From an uncultured virus (IMG/VR IMGVR_UViG_3300047554_000629) (lineage: Duplodnaviria; Heunggongvirae; Uroviricota; Caudoviricetes), in IMG/VR virus record IMGVR_UViG_3300047554_000629, positions 1-64,000 of that record: a DNA stretch of 64,000 nt; one strand, 5' to 3'. This document shows, piece after piece, positions 1-8,982 of the stretch. Both the position numbers and the translations under genes were made by a program. The notes under the pieces were generated by a model. It was given only the letters and a program-made list of their open reading frames with translations, did no database searches and was not told where the DNA came from. The stretch's first letter is position 1, and every line of letters begins with the position of its first letter.

Positions 1-114
1 GCGATTATCAGCACTATACCACGCCGACATTCCTGCCCATCTCGATTGCCGTATTCGAGTGGGTTGGTGAACTGCCGCGTCGATGATGGACCGGAAACCA
101 AGTGAGGGCTGACG

Positions 115-564
115 ATGGCAACGACAAAACACAAATTGTTCATCCGGTGGATGAATCGCCGCGACATGCCAGAAGTTCTTGCAATCGAGCAAGCCAGCAA
201 CGACGAGCCGTGGGCTGAGGATGATTTCTTGAAATGCTTGCGAGAACGAAATTGCATCGGAATCGTTGTTGCCCAAGGCGAAAACGTGATCGGATTCTCG
301 ATCTATGAACTTCAAAAAGGTCTGCTCGGAATCATCCGACTTTCTGTTCATCCGGCGCATCGCAGACGCGGTATCGGGAAAATGATCCTTGAAAAGCTGA
401 TTACAAAACTTTCGCTTGCGCGTCGAAATCGACTTTCAACCGTGATTTGTGAGACGGAACTTGCAGGTCAGTTGTTTCTGCGGAAAAACGGATTCAAAGC
501 GATGAAAATGATTCGCGGGCACTTCGGCTCTCGTGACGGAATCATGATGGAGTACGAACTGTGA
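115..564 (+). CDS. rimI: RimI-like GNAT acetyltransferase
   Basis: IRWMNRRDMPEVLAIE start, acetyl-CoA motif VHPAHRRRGIG, C-terminal FLRKNGF. Confidence 0.75.
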   Translation: MATTKHKLFIRWMNRRDMPEVLAIEQASNDEPWAEDDFLKCLRERNCIGIVVAQGENVIGFSIYELQKGLLGIIRLSVHPAHRRRGIGKMILEKLITKLSLARRNRLSTVICETELAGQLFLRKNGFKAMKMIRGHFGSRDGIMMEYEL

Positions 565-633
565 TCCGCTACCTCGACCGCAAGCTAACCGCCCGACAAG
601 CCGCTATGCGGTGAGAAAAACGAAAGGCTAAAC

Positions 634-867
634 ATGACACCCGCCTACCGCTGGCCGAAACCTGGAACCGACTCGACGCCGACCGAGCCGGGGCACTACT
701 GGCTCAGGAACGCAAAACAGTCGTCAGGGCTATTGATCCCCGATGACGTTTACGAAGTGAGTCTGTTCGCGGGAATACTGATGATCCACGATTACGGACC
801 AGTATACGTCCACGACATCATCGGCGAGTGGTGCCGCGTGCCGGAGCCGGGAGAGCCGGGAGCGTGA
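634..867 (+). CDS. small phage hypothetical protein
   Basis: ORF with GAAAGG RBS; PTEPGHYW motif common in small phage proteins. Confidence 0.55.
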   Translation: MTPAYRWPKPGTDSTPTEPGHYWLRNAKQSSGLLIPDDVYEVSLFAGILMIHDYGPVYVHDIIGEWCRVPEPGEPGA

Positions 868-941
868 AACGTCTGACCACAACTGAACGCAACCGCCGCA
901 TCTCGGAAGGGCTTCGGCTTGCGTGGAAACGGAGGAAACAA

Positions 942-1145
942 ATGGCCGCACTTTGGATCAACGTCGAATTCGAGTCAGTCAAACGAATCACCGACAAGGC
1001 GATCCTATTCGTTGTCGATGGTGAGGATGTTTGGATTCCAGTGAGCCAGATTGCGCCCAGCGACCGTGACCAGTACGAAGAGGGCGATACTGATGGAAGC
1101 GTTTCCGTCAGCGAGTGGTTTGCAAACCAGAAAGGATTAGCATGA
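942..1145 (+). CDS. small phage hypothetical protein
   Basis: GGAGG RBS before ATG 942; TDKAILF...WIPVSQI. Confidence 0.6.
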   Translation: MAALWINVEFESVKRITDKAILFVVDGEDVWIPVSQIAPSDRDQYEEGDTDGSVSVSEWFANQKGLA

Positions 1146-1354
1146 ATACGATCAGCAAGTTTCATTTCGGGAATGGCATCACGTTCTGCCGACTTGATGA
1201 CGGCAGCGTTCGTGTCGAGGGAATGCAAGACAAAGAATCTGTCGTGATTGACCCGTATTCGTAGATGTCGATTATCGACGCTGTTGGGTTCAACCCTGGG
1301 CAGACGATTGGACTGGCCAACGAAATTCATCGAGGGATTGGGAGTAACGTATGA
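1142..1354 (+). pseudogene. small gene interrupted by an in-frame TAG at 1262-1264
   Basis: Frame reads ...DPYS*MSIIDAV...; start and end overlap the neighbouring genes. Confidence 0.35.
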
Positions 1355-1698
1355 ACCGACTTCGCGCTATCTGGTTGTTTCTTCGCATCGTTTGGCGTCC
1401 GTGGGACACGTACCCGGACGGCGACAGGATTCGCACATATCGAATTTCTGCAAAAACCGCGTGGGAAGTTTCACAAACTGTTTGGCTCGATTAACGGCTT
1501 GCGTGGAAACGGAGGAAGAAAATGAGCGAACAAGCAAAATGCCAACTGTGTGGCGAACCAATGCCCGCTGGCGAAGAAATGTTCAATTTCCACGGCTACA
1601 GCGGGCCATTGCCGAGTTCTGCGAACAGAAAACGGCAGAACATCGGCGCAAGGCGCATCATTTGCAACTGATTATCGACAAATACAAGGAGAGCGACC

Positions 1699-2436
1699 AT
1701 GAATCTTGACCGCGTTACCATTACCGGACCCGATGACAGCATTCGGCCTGAAGACTTGATCGGACTGACAAAGGAATTCCCGTTTGTGGAGTGGGGCATC
1801 CTTCATTCCGCGAGCAACCGTGGGAACAATCGATTTCCAAGCCACAAGTGGATGTGCGATCTGCAAGACTTGGCTGGCAAAGAACACTTGCCGCTGTCGC
1901 TGCATCTCTGCGGTCGATACGTCCGCGAGCTTCTCTTTGGCGGCATCCCAGAAAGCGTGCTGACGTTCCTTCCCATGTTTCGCCGCGTCCAACTGAACTT
2001 TCATGCCGAGCGAAACGAATGCCATCCGAAATCGTTTTTTGAGGCGCTGAAGAAAATCAGCGAAGGGCAACGCGAATTCATCTTCCAACTTGATGGCGCT
2101 CTTGGCAATCAGCACATGGACGCGGTACGCGCGATTGGTGAACTCAACACGTTCGGCTTGTTCGACGTGTCCGGCGGTGCTGGCATTCTGCCAACCGAAT
2201 GGCCGTCACCGATCTACTATCGCGACATGCGACCGGACTACCACGGCTACGCAGGCGGTCTTGGGCCGGACAATCTCGCCGAGCAGATGCCGCTGATCGG
2301 CAAAGCCGCGAAAGGTTGTCGATTCTGGATTGACATGGAGACGCGGGTGCGGTCGGACAACGACCGGCAATTCGACCTTGCCAAAGTGCGGAAATGTTTG
2401 GAGTTGTCGCGGCCGTTCGTGAAAGGGCCAGCATGA
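1699..2436 (+). CDS. TrpF/PRAI-like TIM-barrel protein
   Basis: VQLN, LFDVSGGAG, GYAGGLGPDN and WIDMETRV motifs. Confidence 0.7.
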   Translation: MNLDRVTITGPDDSIRPEDLIGLTKEFPFVEWGILHSASNRGNNRFPSHKWMCDLQDLAGKEHLPLSLHLCGRYVRELLFGGIPESVLTFLPMFRRVQLNFHAERNECHPKSFFEALKKISEGQREFIFQLDGALGNQHMDAVRAIGELNTFGLFDVSGGAGILPTEWPSPIYYRDMRPDYHGYAGGLGPDNLAEQMPLIGKAAKGCRFWIDMETRVRSDNDRQFDLAKVRKCLELSRPFVKGPA

Positions 2437-3200
2437 ACCACGAATCCGCCTTCCTCGCCGCCATCCGCGACCAGCCCGCCGACGATTTCCGCCGACTCGT
2501 ATATGCCGAGTACCTGGATGGGCAGGGCGATCCGAGAGGCGAACTGATACGGGTGCAGTGCGAGTTGGCGAAGATGACTTGCGACAAGTGTAACATGACT
2601 GGCACTTTCATAGCCGACAATGGAAAACATTACGTGAAATGCAGCACCTGCTGGCCTCTGCGAGAACGTGAAATCGAACTGTTCCATTTCCATTGGAACG
2701 AATGGGCCAAACCGTTTGACGCACTCAGACGGATCAACCCGCTGCCGTTCACCGTCCGCTTCGTTCGCGGCTTCCCCGAAGTCTCGCTGACGATTAGTGC
2801 GTTCCTGGGTGAGCGGTGCGAATGGCACGTTCACACCGGCAATTCTCGCAGTGGCAATTTCAGCAAGTGCCTTTACTGCCACGACACCGGCTACCGCAAC
2901 GGCCTCGCCGGTCCGCTGTTCGCCGCGTGCCCGGACATCATGGCCGTGCGACTGACGGATCGGGAGCCAGATTTTGTTGACTGGTGGAACGCGGATCGGC
3001 CGCATCCAAACTCTTCTACTCTTCATCCAGAATCAGAATTACCATTCGTGCTCTGGAAGAATCTCGACATAACTGGTCGTGATCGGTGTAAACAAGCCGA
3101 CTCCCCCGCTCATGCTCACGCCGCCATGTCCGCCGCGTGCATGAAGCTGGGGCTGGAGTGGGCGGAACTGGAACACGAACGAAAGGCGGTGACGGCGTGA
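2433..3200 (+). CDS. TIGR02996-domain protein with Cys-pair insertions
   Basis: AFLAAIRDQPADDFRRLVYAEYLDGQGDPRGELIRVQCELA. Confidence 0.8.
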   Translation: MNHESAFLAAIRDQPADDFRRLVYAEYLDGQGDPRGELIRVQCELAKMTCDKCNMTGTFIADNGKHYVKCSTCWPLREREIELFHFHWNEWAKPFDALRRINPLPFTVRFVRGFPEVSLTISAFLGERCEWHVHTGNSRSGNFSKCLYCHDTGYRNGLAGPLFAACPDIMAVRLTDREPDFVDWWNADRPHPNSSTLHPESELPFVLWKNLDITGRDRCKQADSPAHAHAAMSAACMKLGLEWAELEHERKAVTA

Positions 3201-3772
3201 ACATCGAAATACTGTGCTGGAAGTGCGGGACTGGCTTGAAGTATCACTTCTACATCAGCCCAATAGTAGACAATTCATTGAGTATGGAAATCGATCCATG
3301 TCCAAAGTGCTGTCCACATCCGGTAGCCGTGGACAAGACAGACACGGAGTCAATCAGGAAGATGGAAGCGGCAATGGCGGAATACTTGAAGAGTTACAAC
3401 GAACCGATAACCGCACTCACCGACGAACTCGGCAGACCGGCTGGGGCTGTCTGGAAAAAAGCAAATGGGTACAGAATCGTACTACAAATAACAAAAGAAT
3501 CTGACGGCAGATTTTCAGCCGTGGCACTGAATCTTCCAGGGGCGGGAAGCTGTGGTGATACTGCCGCCGAAGCCGAAGCCAATGCCAAGGAAGCGATTCT
3601 CGCAGCTATTGAAAGCTACGGCGATTACATTCCGTGGACGGAACCGCGACTGACAAAAGATACGGGGATTGTGAAATATATCATGCTGAAACGTGAATCG
3701 GAACCCGTTGACGACTTCCCGAATCAATACGACGACTACGTTCGCGGGCTGCGAAAGGAAGGCAAGCTGTGA
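3197..3772 (+). CDS. zinc-ribbon plus HicB-like domain protein
   Basis: CWKC...CPKC, then DGRFSAVALNLPGAGSCGDTAAEAEANAKEAI. Confidence 0.6.
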   Translation: MNIEILCWKCGTGLKYHFYISPIVDNSLSMEIDPCPKCCPHPVAVDKTDTESIRKMEAAMAEYLKSYNEPITALTDELGRPAGAVWKKANGYRIVLQITKESDGRFSAVALNLPGAGSCGDTAAEAEANAKEAILAAIESYGDYIPWTEPRLTKDTGIVKYIMLKRESEPVDDFPNQYDDYVRGLRKEGKL

Positions 3773-3999
3773 GCCGCAAAACCGGGAACCTACGAAAACG
3801 CCCTGCTATCGAGTCAGCAAAATGCAAGGCGTTACCAAAACGTGCCACGGCAATTCAAAGATTGCTGCAATCTACGTTCAAAGTTCATATAGACGCTGGG
3901 CGGGATCAAATCGTGTTTGATGCCGTATACGTCACTGACGTTACGCCACAGACGCTGTTCTTGAAAGCAGTAGGAATGACCACCATTTTGGGGTAAGCC

Positions 4000-4332
4000 A
4001 TGACCGACCTGCAAAGAGCCGCGATTGCACTGGATGAATTGTTTGCGGATAAGAGCCGATGGACGCAAGGGGCGTTTGCACGGCGGAAAGACGGTAGTGA
4101 ATGCTCGTCACGTTCTGGTGATGCTGCTTGTTGGTGTTTGCTGGGAGGGATAAATCGTACCGCAGAGTGTCTTATTGACTGTGGAATTTTGCAAAAAATG
4201 GCCGAAGATATAAGTCATGAACAGCACCTTTCTTATACCGCAATAGATGTCAACGACTTCAGAGGCTACGATGCCGTCATGCAGGTGATCGGTGAGGTGC
4301 GCAAGCGGCTTGGTGTACCGAGGGCAGAATGA
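4000..4332 (+). CDS. phage hypothetical protein
   Basis: WTQGAFAR...CWCLLGGI motif. Confidence 0.6.
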   Translation: MTDLQRAAIALDELFADKSRWTQGAFARRKDGSECSSRSGDAACWCLLGGINRTAECLIDCGILQKMAEDISHEQHLSYTAIDVNDFRGYDAVMQVIGEVRKRLGVPRAE

Positions 4333-4661
4333 AAATAACCAACAGGCATCTGCTCAGGGAGTTTTCCAGGAAGCCAGCATGTGAGTTTTGCGGCAAGAGG
4401 AACACTCATGGCCTCGACCCGCACCATTTTTGGGTCAAGAGAGGCATGGGCGGAGGAAGCCGACTGGATGTGGCCATAAACCTGATTGCACTTTGCCGAA
4501 TTCCGTGCCACCATGATGCCGAACACGGGAAGATCACCAAAGAGACACTGCTGAAGATCGTGTCCAGAAGAGAGAAGAGGACAGAAGAGAGCATCATCAA
4601 AGAGCTGACGAGGCTCAGGTGGTCGATTGGCAAAGAACAACAAACAGACACATGGCAATAA
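4329..4661 (+). CDS. HNH-like (Ref/DUF968-type) nuclease
   Basis: CEFC...DPHH...GMGGG...NLIALCRIPCHHDAEHG. Confidence 0.65.
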   Translation: MKITNRHLLREFSRKPACEFCGKRNTHGLDPHHFWVKRGMGGGSRLDVAINLIALCRIPCHHDAEHGKITKETLLKIVSRREKRTEESIIKELTRLRWSIGKEQQTDTWQ

Positions 4662-4685
4662 TAGGCGCGACTCGCGCCTATTATT
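4657..4685. repeat. 23-bp palindrome family, copy 1
   Basis: AATAATAGGCGCGACTCGCGCCTATTATT overlapping the stop codon at 4659-4661. Confidence 0.9.
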
Positions 4686-4702
4686 TCGGTATCCGTTTTT
4701 TC

Positions 4703-4731
4703 TTGACGGCGAATCGCTTTTGCTATACACT
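4703..4731 (+). promoter_or_regulatory. sigma70-like promoter
   Basis: TTGACG-17 nt-TACACT. Confidence 0.55.
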
Positions 4732-4748
4732 GTCCTAAACCCAAGGAA

Positions 4749-5066
4749 TTGAAAATGAAAATCCGAGATGCAGCAATTCGAGTCATGGAACGTGGCCATT
4801 CTCGGTTCCCAAGACTCGCCCAACACTACTTGGCCAGAAACGTCGTTGCCGAGTACATTCACTCAAATCCAGAGTTCGGCAAAGAAGAAGTAGGCGATGC
4901 CCCTGACGCACTCAAGGAGTCGCTTCGGGCCGCTTTTGATGCTGTTGAAGCACGGCTTGAGTCAAACGGGAAAACGGTCCTGTTGTCACTGGTTCAAGCA
5001 GCTGAATATGTTCTGATTGACGCCGGGCTCATTGACGTTCTGTGGGATATGTGGTTCAAAAAGTAA
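4749..5066 (+). CDS. hypothetical protein
   Basis: ORF after AAGGA RBS, downstream of the promoter. Confidence 0.55.
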   Translation: MKMKIRDAAIRVMERGHSRFPRLAQHYLARNVVAEYIHSNPEFGKEEVGDAPDALKESLRAAFDAVEARLESNGKTVLLSLVQAAEYVLIDAGLIDVLWDMWFKK

Positions 5067-5099
5067 TTTCACTTGAAAGGGTCTATCATGGCCGAATAA

Positions 5100-5342
5100 T
5101 TGAACAAGCCTGTTGCTGGCTGGAAGTCCAGTGAGTTCTGGAGTAACCTTCTTTCGCAGGTGACTCCTGTTGTTGGGCTGCTAGTCACTCTTGGAGTTGT
5201 AACACAAGTCCAAGGCGATGCATGGTCGAAGACTGGCGTGGCCATCATTGGCGCAATTGCGTCCATCGTTGCCGCTTTCGCTGGCAGCAGCACGGCAAAG
5301 AACTACACCAACAACCGAACGAAGCTGAAATCTGGTGAGTAA
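5100..5342 (+). CDS. holin-like two-TM protein
   Basis: GWKSSEFW motif, two hydrophobic helices, basic C-terminus; preceded in frame by ATG-GCC-GAA-TAA. Confidence 0.55.
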   Translation: MNKPVAGWKSSEFWSNLLSQVTPVVGLLVTLGVVTQVQGDAWSKTGVAIIGAIASIVAAFAGSSTAKNYTNNRTKLKSGE

Positions 5343-5442
5343 AAATGAACGGCTACGAAATTGCAGCTATCATCGTTGCTTGTGCGGTCGCGTTCATGTT
5401 GATTACGGCTACGCTTCGTGCTAAGTACAAAAAGGACTCATA

Positions 5443-6003
5443 ATGTCACGCATCCTGATCTTACTGATCCTGTCCTGTCCCGCGTTCGCACAATCGCCGC
5501 CGTCAATCGAAAAACTCGTTGACGATCTTGCGGCACTACGGGCGCAACGTCTGGACCTGGAGAAGAAAGAGGCCGAGAAGTCGGCAGAATTAAAGTCACG
5601 GCTGGCGGAGTTGCAGCGCCGCATCGACGATCTTGTCGGGCCGGTCAAGCCAGACACGAATGCGGAGTTCCTATCGGCGGTCAAAGCCGCTCTCGCAAAA
5701 GAATCGGACGCCGACAAGTTGTTACTGCCCAAACTGATTAGCCTGTATCGGGCCGCATCGCAGACGGTATCGGCGGCAACGACCTGGGGCGCGTTATGGC
5801 AGGCAATGGCATCGACCGCGACACAACTTGGCATAGCTGGCGGCAAGTTGCCCAACGTACAAGCCGCTGTAAGCAAAGAGTTAATCGCACGTTTGCCGAT
5901 CAACCCGCGTGAGAAACCGGCTGAGACTCTGACGGCGGATCATGCGAAACTACTGGCGTCTGAGTTTGCCCGCGTTGTCACCGTACTGGAGCAAGTGAAA
6001 TAA
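5443..6003 (+). CDS. signal-peptide coiled-coil protein
   Basis: Hydrophobic N-terminus ending AFA, then heptad-like helix. Confidence 0.6.
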   Translation: MSRILILLILSCPAFAQSPPSIEKLVDDLAALRAQRLDLEKKEAEKSAELKSRLAELQRRIDDLVGPVKPDTNAEFLSAVKAALAKESDADKLLLPKLISLYRAASQTVSAATTWGALWQAMASTATQLGIAGGKLPNVQAAVSKELIARLPINPREKPAETLTADHAKLLASEFARVVTVLEQVK

Positions 6004-6794
6004 TGGAAAAACTCATAATTACATCAGAGCACGTTCGAGAAGGTAAATACATTGGAACGCCTGTCAATGACTGGCATGGCCACATTGAGATAGAAGCTAA
6101 TCTTGGAATTGTGTTTTTCAACGGAAGCATAATTGCCAAAGGCAAGGTCGTTTCAAAAGCTGGTTCTGGAATCAAAGCCGGTGAGGGAATCGAAGCCGGT
6201 GAGGGAATCAAAGCCGGTGAGGGAATCAAAGCCGGTTGGGGAATCAAAGCCGGTGGTGGAATCAAAGCCGGTGAGGGAATCAAAGCCGGTTGGGGAATCA
6301 AAGCCGGTGGTGGAATCAAAGCCGGTTGGGGAATCGAAGCCGGTGGTGGAATCAAAGCCGGTGAGGGAATCGAAGCCGGTTGGGGAATCAAAGCCGGTGA
6401 GGGAATCAAAGCCGGTTGGGGAATCAAAGCCGGTGGTGGAATCAAAGCCGGTTGGGGAATCGAAGCCGGTGGTGGAATCAAAGCCGGCGAGGGAAGCGAA
6501 GCCGCTGCGGGAATCACAGCCGGTGAGGGAATCAAAGCCGGTGGTGGAATCAAAGCCGGTGGTGGAATCAAAGCCGGTGAGGGAATCGAAGCCGGTGGTG
6601 GAATCGAAGCCGGTTTATCGATTGTATGCAAGTGGATTTTTTCAAAGTTTCGTATTTTTGCTGGTCTGTGTATATGGAAAAATCCTGACCAAAGCGAAAT
6701 GGAGATTCGCGGACAGCTTCGCTCAGGCACAATAGCGTTTGGGACTCACGTTGTTCCAAGTACAAAAGAAGAACCAGAAAAGGCGGCTGTATGA
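6003..6794 (+). CDS. hexapeptide-repeat (GIKAGx)n protein, probable beta-helix
   Basis: About 25 G-I-[KE]-A-G-[EWG] units. Confidence 0.75.
   Translation: MEKLIITSEHVREGKYIGTPVNDWHGHIEIEANLGIVFFNGSIIAKGKVVSKAGSGIKAGEGIEAGEGIKAGEGIKAGWGIKAGGGIKAGEGIKAGWGIKAGGGIKAGWGIEAGGGIKAGEGIEAGWGIKAGEGIKAGWGIKAGGGIKAGWGIEAGGGIKAGEGSEAAAGITAGEGIKAGGGIKAGGGIKAGEGIEAGGGIEAGLSIVCKWIFSKFRIFAGLCIWKNPDQSEMEIRGQLRSGTIAFGTHVVPSTKEEPEKAAV
6168..6614 (+). repeat. 18-bp tandem repeat, about 25 units
   Basis: GGAATC(A/G)AAGCCGGT(GAG/TGG/GGT). Confidence 0.95.
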
Positions 6795-7834
6795 GCAACG
6801 CATTCGATTTCAGTCAAGTCGGTGGCGTGAGAATGTTTCAGGCGACCGACGACCCCGGTGATCCTGACGCTGGAGTGTGGAACTTTGGACTGGTTCCGTC
6901 CGCAATCGACCAGAATTTGTCGCCGCCAATTCGCAATGAGTTTTTCTCGCGTGTTGCATCTGATGTGATTGACATTTGCCCACGACTCCCAGACTTCCAC
7001 GAAGCCGCGCCATCGCTTGCTGGTAGGTGGGACGGGAAAACGTCTATCAGTCTTTGGCTTGCTACTCAGAAAGTGGACAAGGGCAACCTTGGCAGAATCG
7101 GCGTCTTTCTGCCAGCACAAAATCAGCCTCGTGGGACGTGTGTTGGACGTGGATGCTCAGGCGCTGGCAATGTGCTGCAATGCGTTCAGATCGTGGCCGG
7201 ATTGTCTCAGTCAGAGTTTAGGTCGCTATCGCACGCATGGCTATATGCTGGCGCTCGAAAGAAGGGCGGAATGCTCCGTTCGTGGTCTGATGGCGCACCA
7301 GGAGCATATGCCGCATTGTGGGCACAGGAGAAAGGGCTTATCACTCAAACCGAAGGCAATGACGAGAACTACTACGGGGCAGGATCGGATGACGTTGCCG
7401 TAAAATGGGGATATTACGGACCACCTGTTGAACTTGAACCGGAAGCCAGTGACAACCCATTCCAAGAAGTTGCTTACTGCCGATCATTTCAGCAGTTTGC
7501 CGACACTATCGCATCCGGTGGAGTCGTGACAGTTGCCAGCAATCAAGGCTTCACGATGGAGAGGGATGCGGACGGAATCTGCCAACCGAAAGGGTCATGG
7601 GCACACCAGATGTTTGGCGCTGGCGTTGTCGTAATCAAGGGCACGGCTTACGGGCTGATCGGTCAATCATGGGGCAACAACGTGCCGTCCGGCCCCACCG
7701 CACTTGGATCGCCGGATTATGTGTTTGCGGTCCATCACGAAGTTCTTGACCGCATGTTGCGGCAAGGCGACTCGTGTTCGATCCTGTCTCTGAAGGGATG
7801 GGGCGCAGTCAATCCTGATCCGTGGGTGTTCTAG
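6791..7834 (+). CDS. papain-like (C1) cysteine peptidase
   Basis: QNQPRGTCVG (Cys), WAHQM (His), QSWG. Confidence 0.7.
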   Translation: MSNAFDFSQVGGVRMFQATDDPGDPDAGVWNFGLVPSAIDQNLSPPIRNEFFSRVASDVIDICPRLPDFHEAAPSLAGRWDGKTSISLWLATQKVDKGNLGRIGVFLPAQNQPRGTCVGRGCSGAGNVLQCVQIVAGLSQSEFRSLSHAWLYAGARKKGGMLRSWSDGAPGAYAALWAQEKGLITQTEGNDENYYGAGSDDVAVKWGYYGPPVELEPEASDNPFQEVAYCRSFQQFADTIASGGVVTVASNQGFTMERDADGICQPKGSWAHQMFGAGVVVIKGTAYGLIGQSWGNNVPSGPTALGSPDYVFAVHHEVLDRMLRQGDSCSILSLKGWGAVNPDPWVF

Positions 7835-8097
7835 GAGAAATCATCATGGCTGTTAAATGTTCTGTACCGCAAGGGCAGCAAGCGACTATTGATCATCTAA
7901 AATCTACGCTGACAACTGTAATCCAGTCCTGGATTGATGAATCCTATCGATGGTGGTACATGGTATGGTCTAGGCTCTTTCGTTGGTAATAACATCGCAT
8001 CATTCATGAGCAAAGCCGCCATTGCTGTCATTGAAGCCGTAGTTGATACTGACAGATACCACAAAGAAAACAAAACGTCGTTTGAATAAGGCATGAA

Positions 8098-8982
8098 ATG
8101 CGAAACATCGCTTCCATTCTGATCGTTCTGTCATTGGCGTCCGTCTTACGTGCTGACGACGACGCGCGAGCAATCATGCTCATGCTCATGCGCATCGCGT
8201 TGGCGAACCCGTCGAAGCAGGCTGAACAGCCTGTCACTGAATCCAAGCCGTCAATCTGCATCACGCTCGCAGATTTCCCTTGCGCTCCGTGCGAAGCCCT
8301 GAAGCGGTACGATTGGTCCGCGTTCAATGTTGAATGGAAGATCGGCGGCGCAGATTCATACCCGCAAATAACGTGGTACGAAAACGGTGAACGATGGGGC
8401 GTCAAAGGGTTGTACACGCCGGAACAAATTCTCAAGTACGTCCGACCTGTGAAGGCGTCACAAGCCCCGACGCCGATAGACGAGGTGCGGCGCATTCTTG
8501 CGCTGCTCAAGCCGACTCGCGCCGAGACGTTCATCGACTATGGTTGCGGAGATGGTCGTTGGCTCATTGAAGCCGTGCGATCCTACAGGTGCAAAGCAAT
8601 AGGTATCGAGATTGACCCGGCACAAGTCGAAAGAGCCCGTGTCGCCGTCAAGGATGCCGGACTCGACAACCTTATCCGCATCATCGAAGGCGATGTAACG
8701 ACTGTTGACGTACAAGCCGATGTTGGTGTGGTGTACCTATACCCGGACACGCTGACACGGCTCAAGCCGAGATTGACGCAATTGAATCGGTTCGCATCAT
8801 ACATGCACCGCGTTGACGGGCTTGTGATGCATCAGGACGGCGATGTATGGCTGTGGGAACGCCAACCGGAACAGCGGCACGCCGTATGGGGCGGCAGTGT
8901 GTATTCAGGGCCGGTCTGCTCGAATCCAGGATGCGTTATGTGCCAGTCGATCCGGCAACAACTTGGACAGAGGACACGATGA
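8098..8982 (+). CDS. signal peptide + thioredoxin-like CxxC + class I SAM methyltransferase fusion
   Basis: CAPC motif; FIDYGCGDGR and IGIEID SAM motifs. Confidence 0.7.
   Translation: MRNIASILIVLSLASVLRADDDARAIMLMLMRIALANPSKQAEQPVTESKPSICITLADFPCAPCEALKRYDWSAFNVEWKIGGADSYPQITWYENGERWGVKGLYTPEQILKYVRPVKASQAPTPIDEVRRILALLKPTRAETFIDYGCGDGRWLIEAVRSYRCKAIGIEIDPAQVERARVAVKDAGLDNLIRIIEGDVTTVDVQADVGVVYLYPDTLTRLKPRLTQLNRFASYMHRVDGLVMHQDGDVWLWERQPEQRHAVWGGSVYSGPVCSNPGCVMCQSIRQQLGQRTR

Noticed and set aside
6168..6614. CRISPR array
   Set aside because: Contiguous 18-bp coding repeats with no unique spacers and no cas genes.
5978..6735. Overlapping ORFs in other frames of the repeat (ESKPV and PALIP repeats)
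   Set aside because: Open only because the repeat unit has no stops in those frames.
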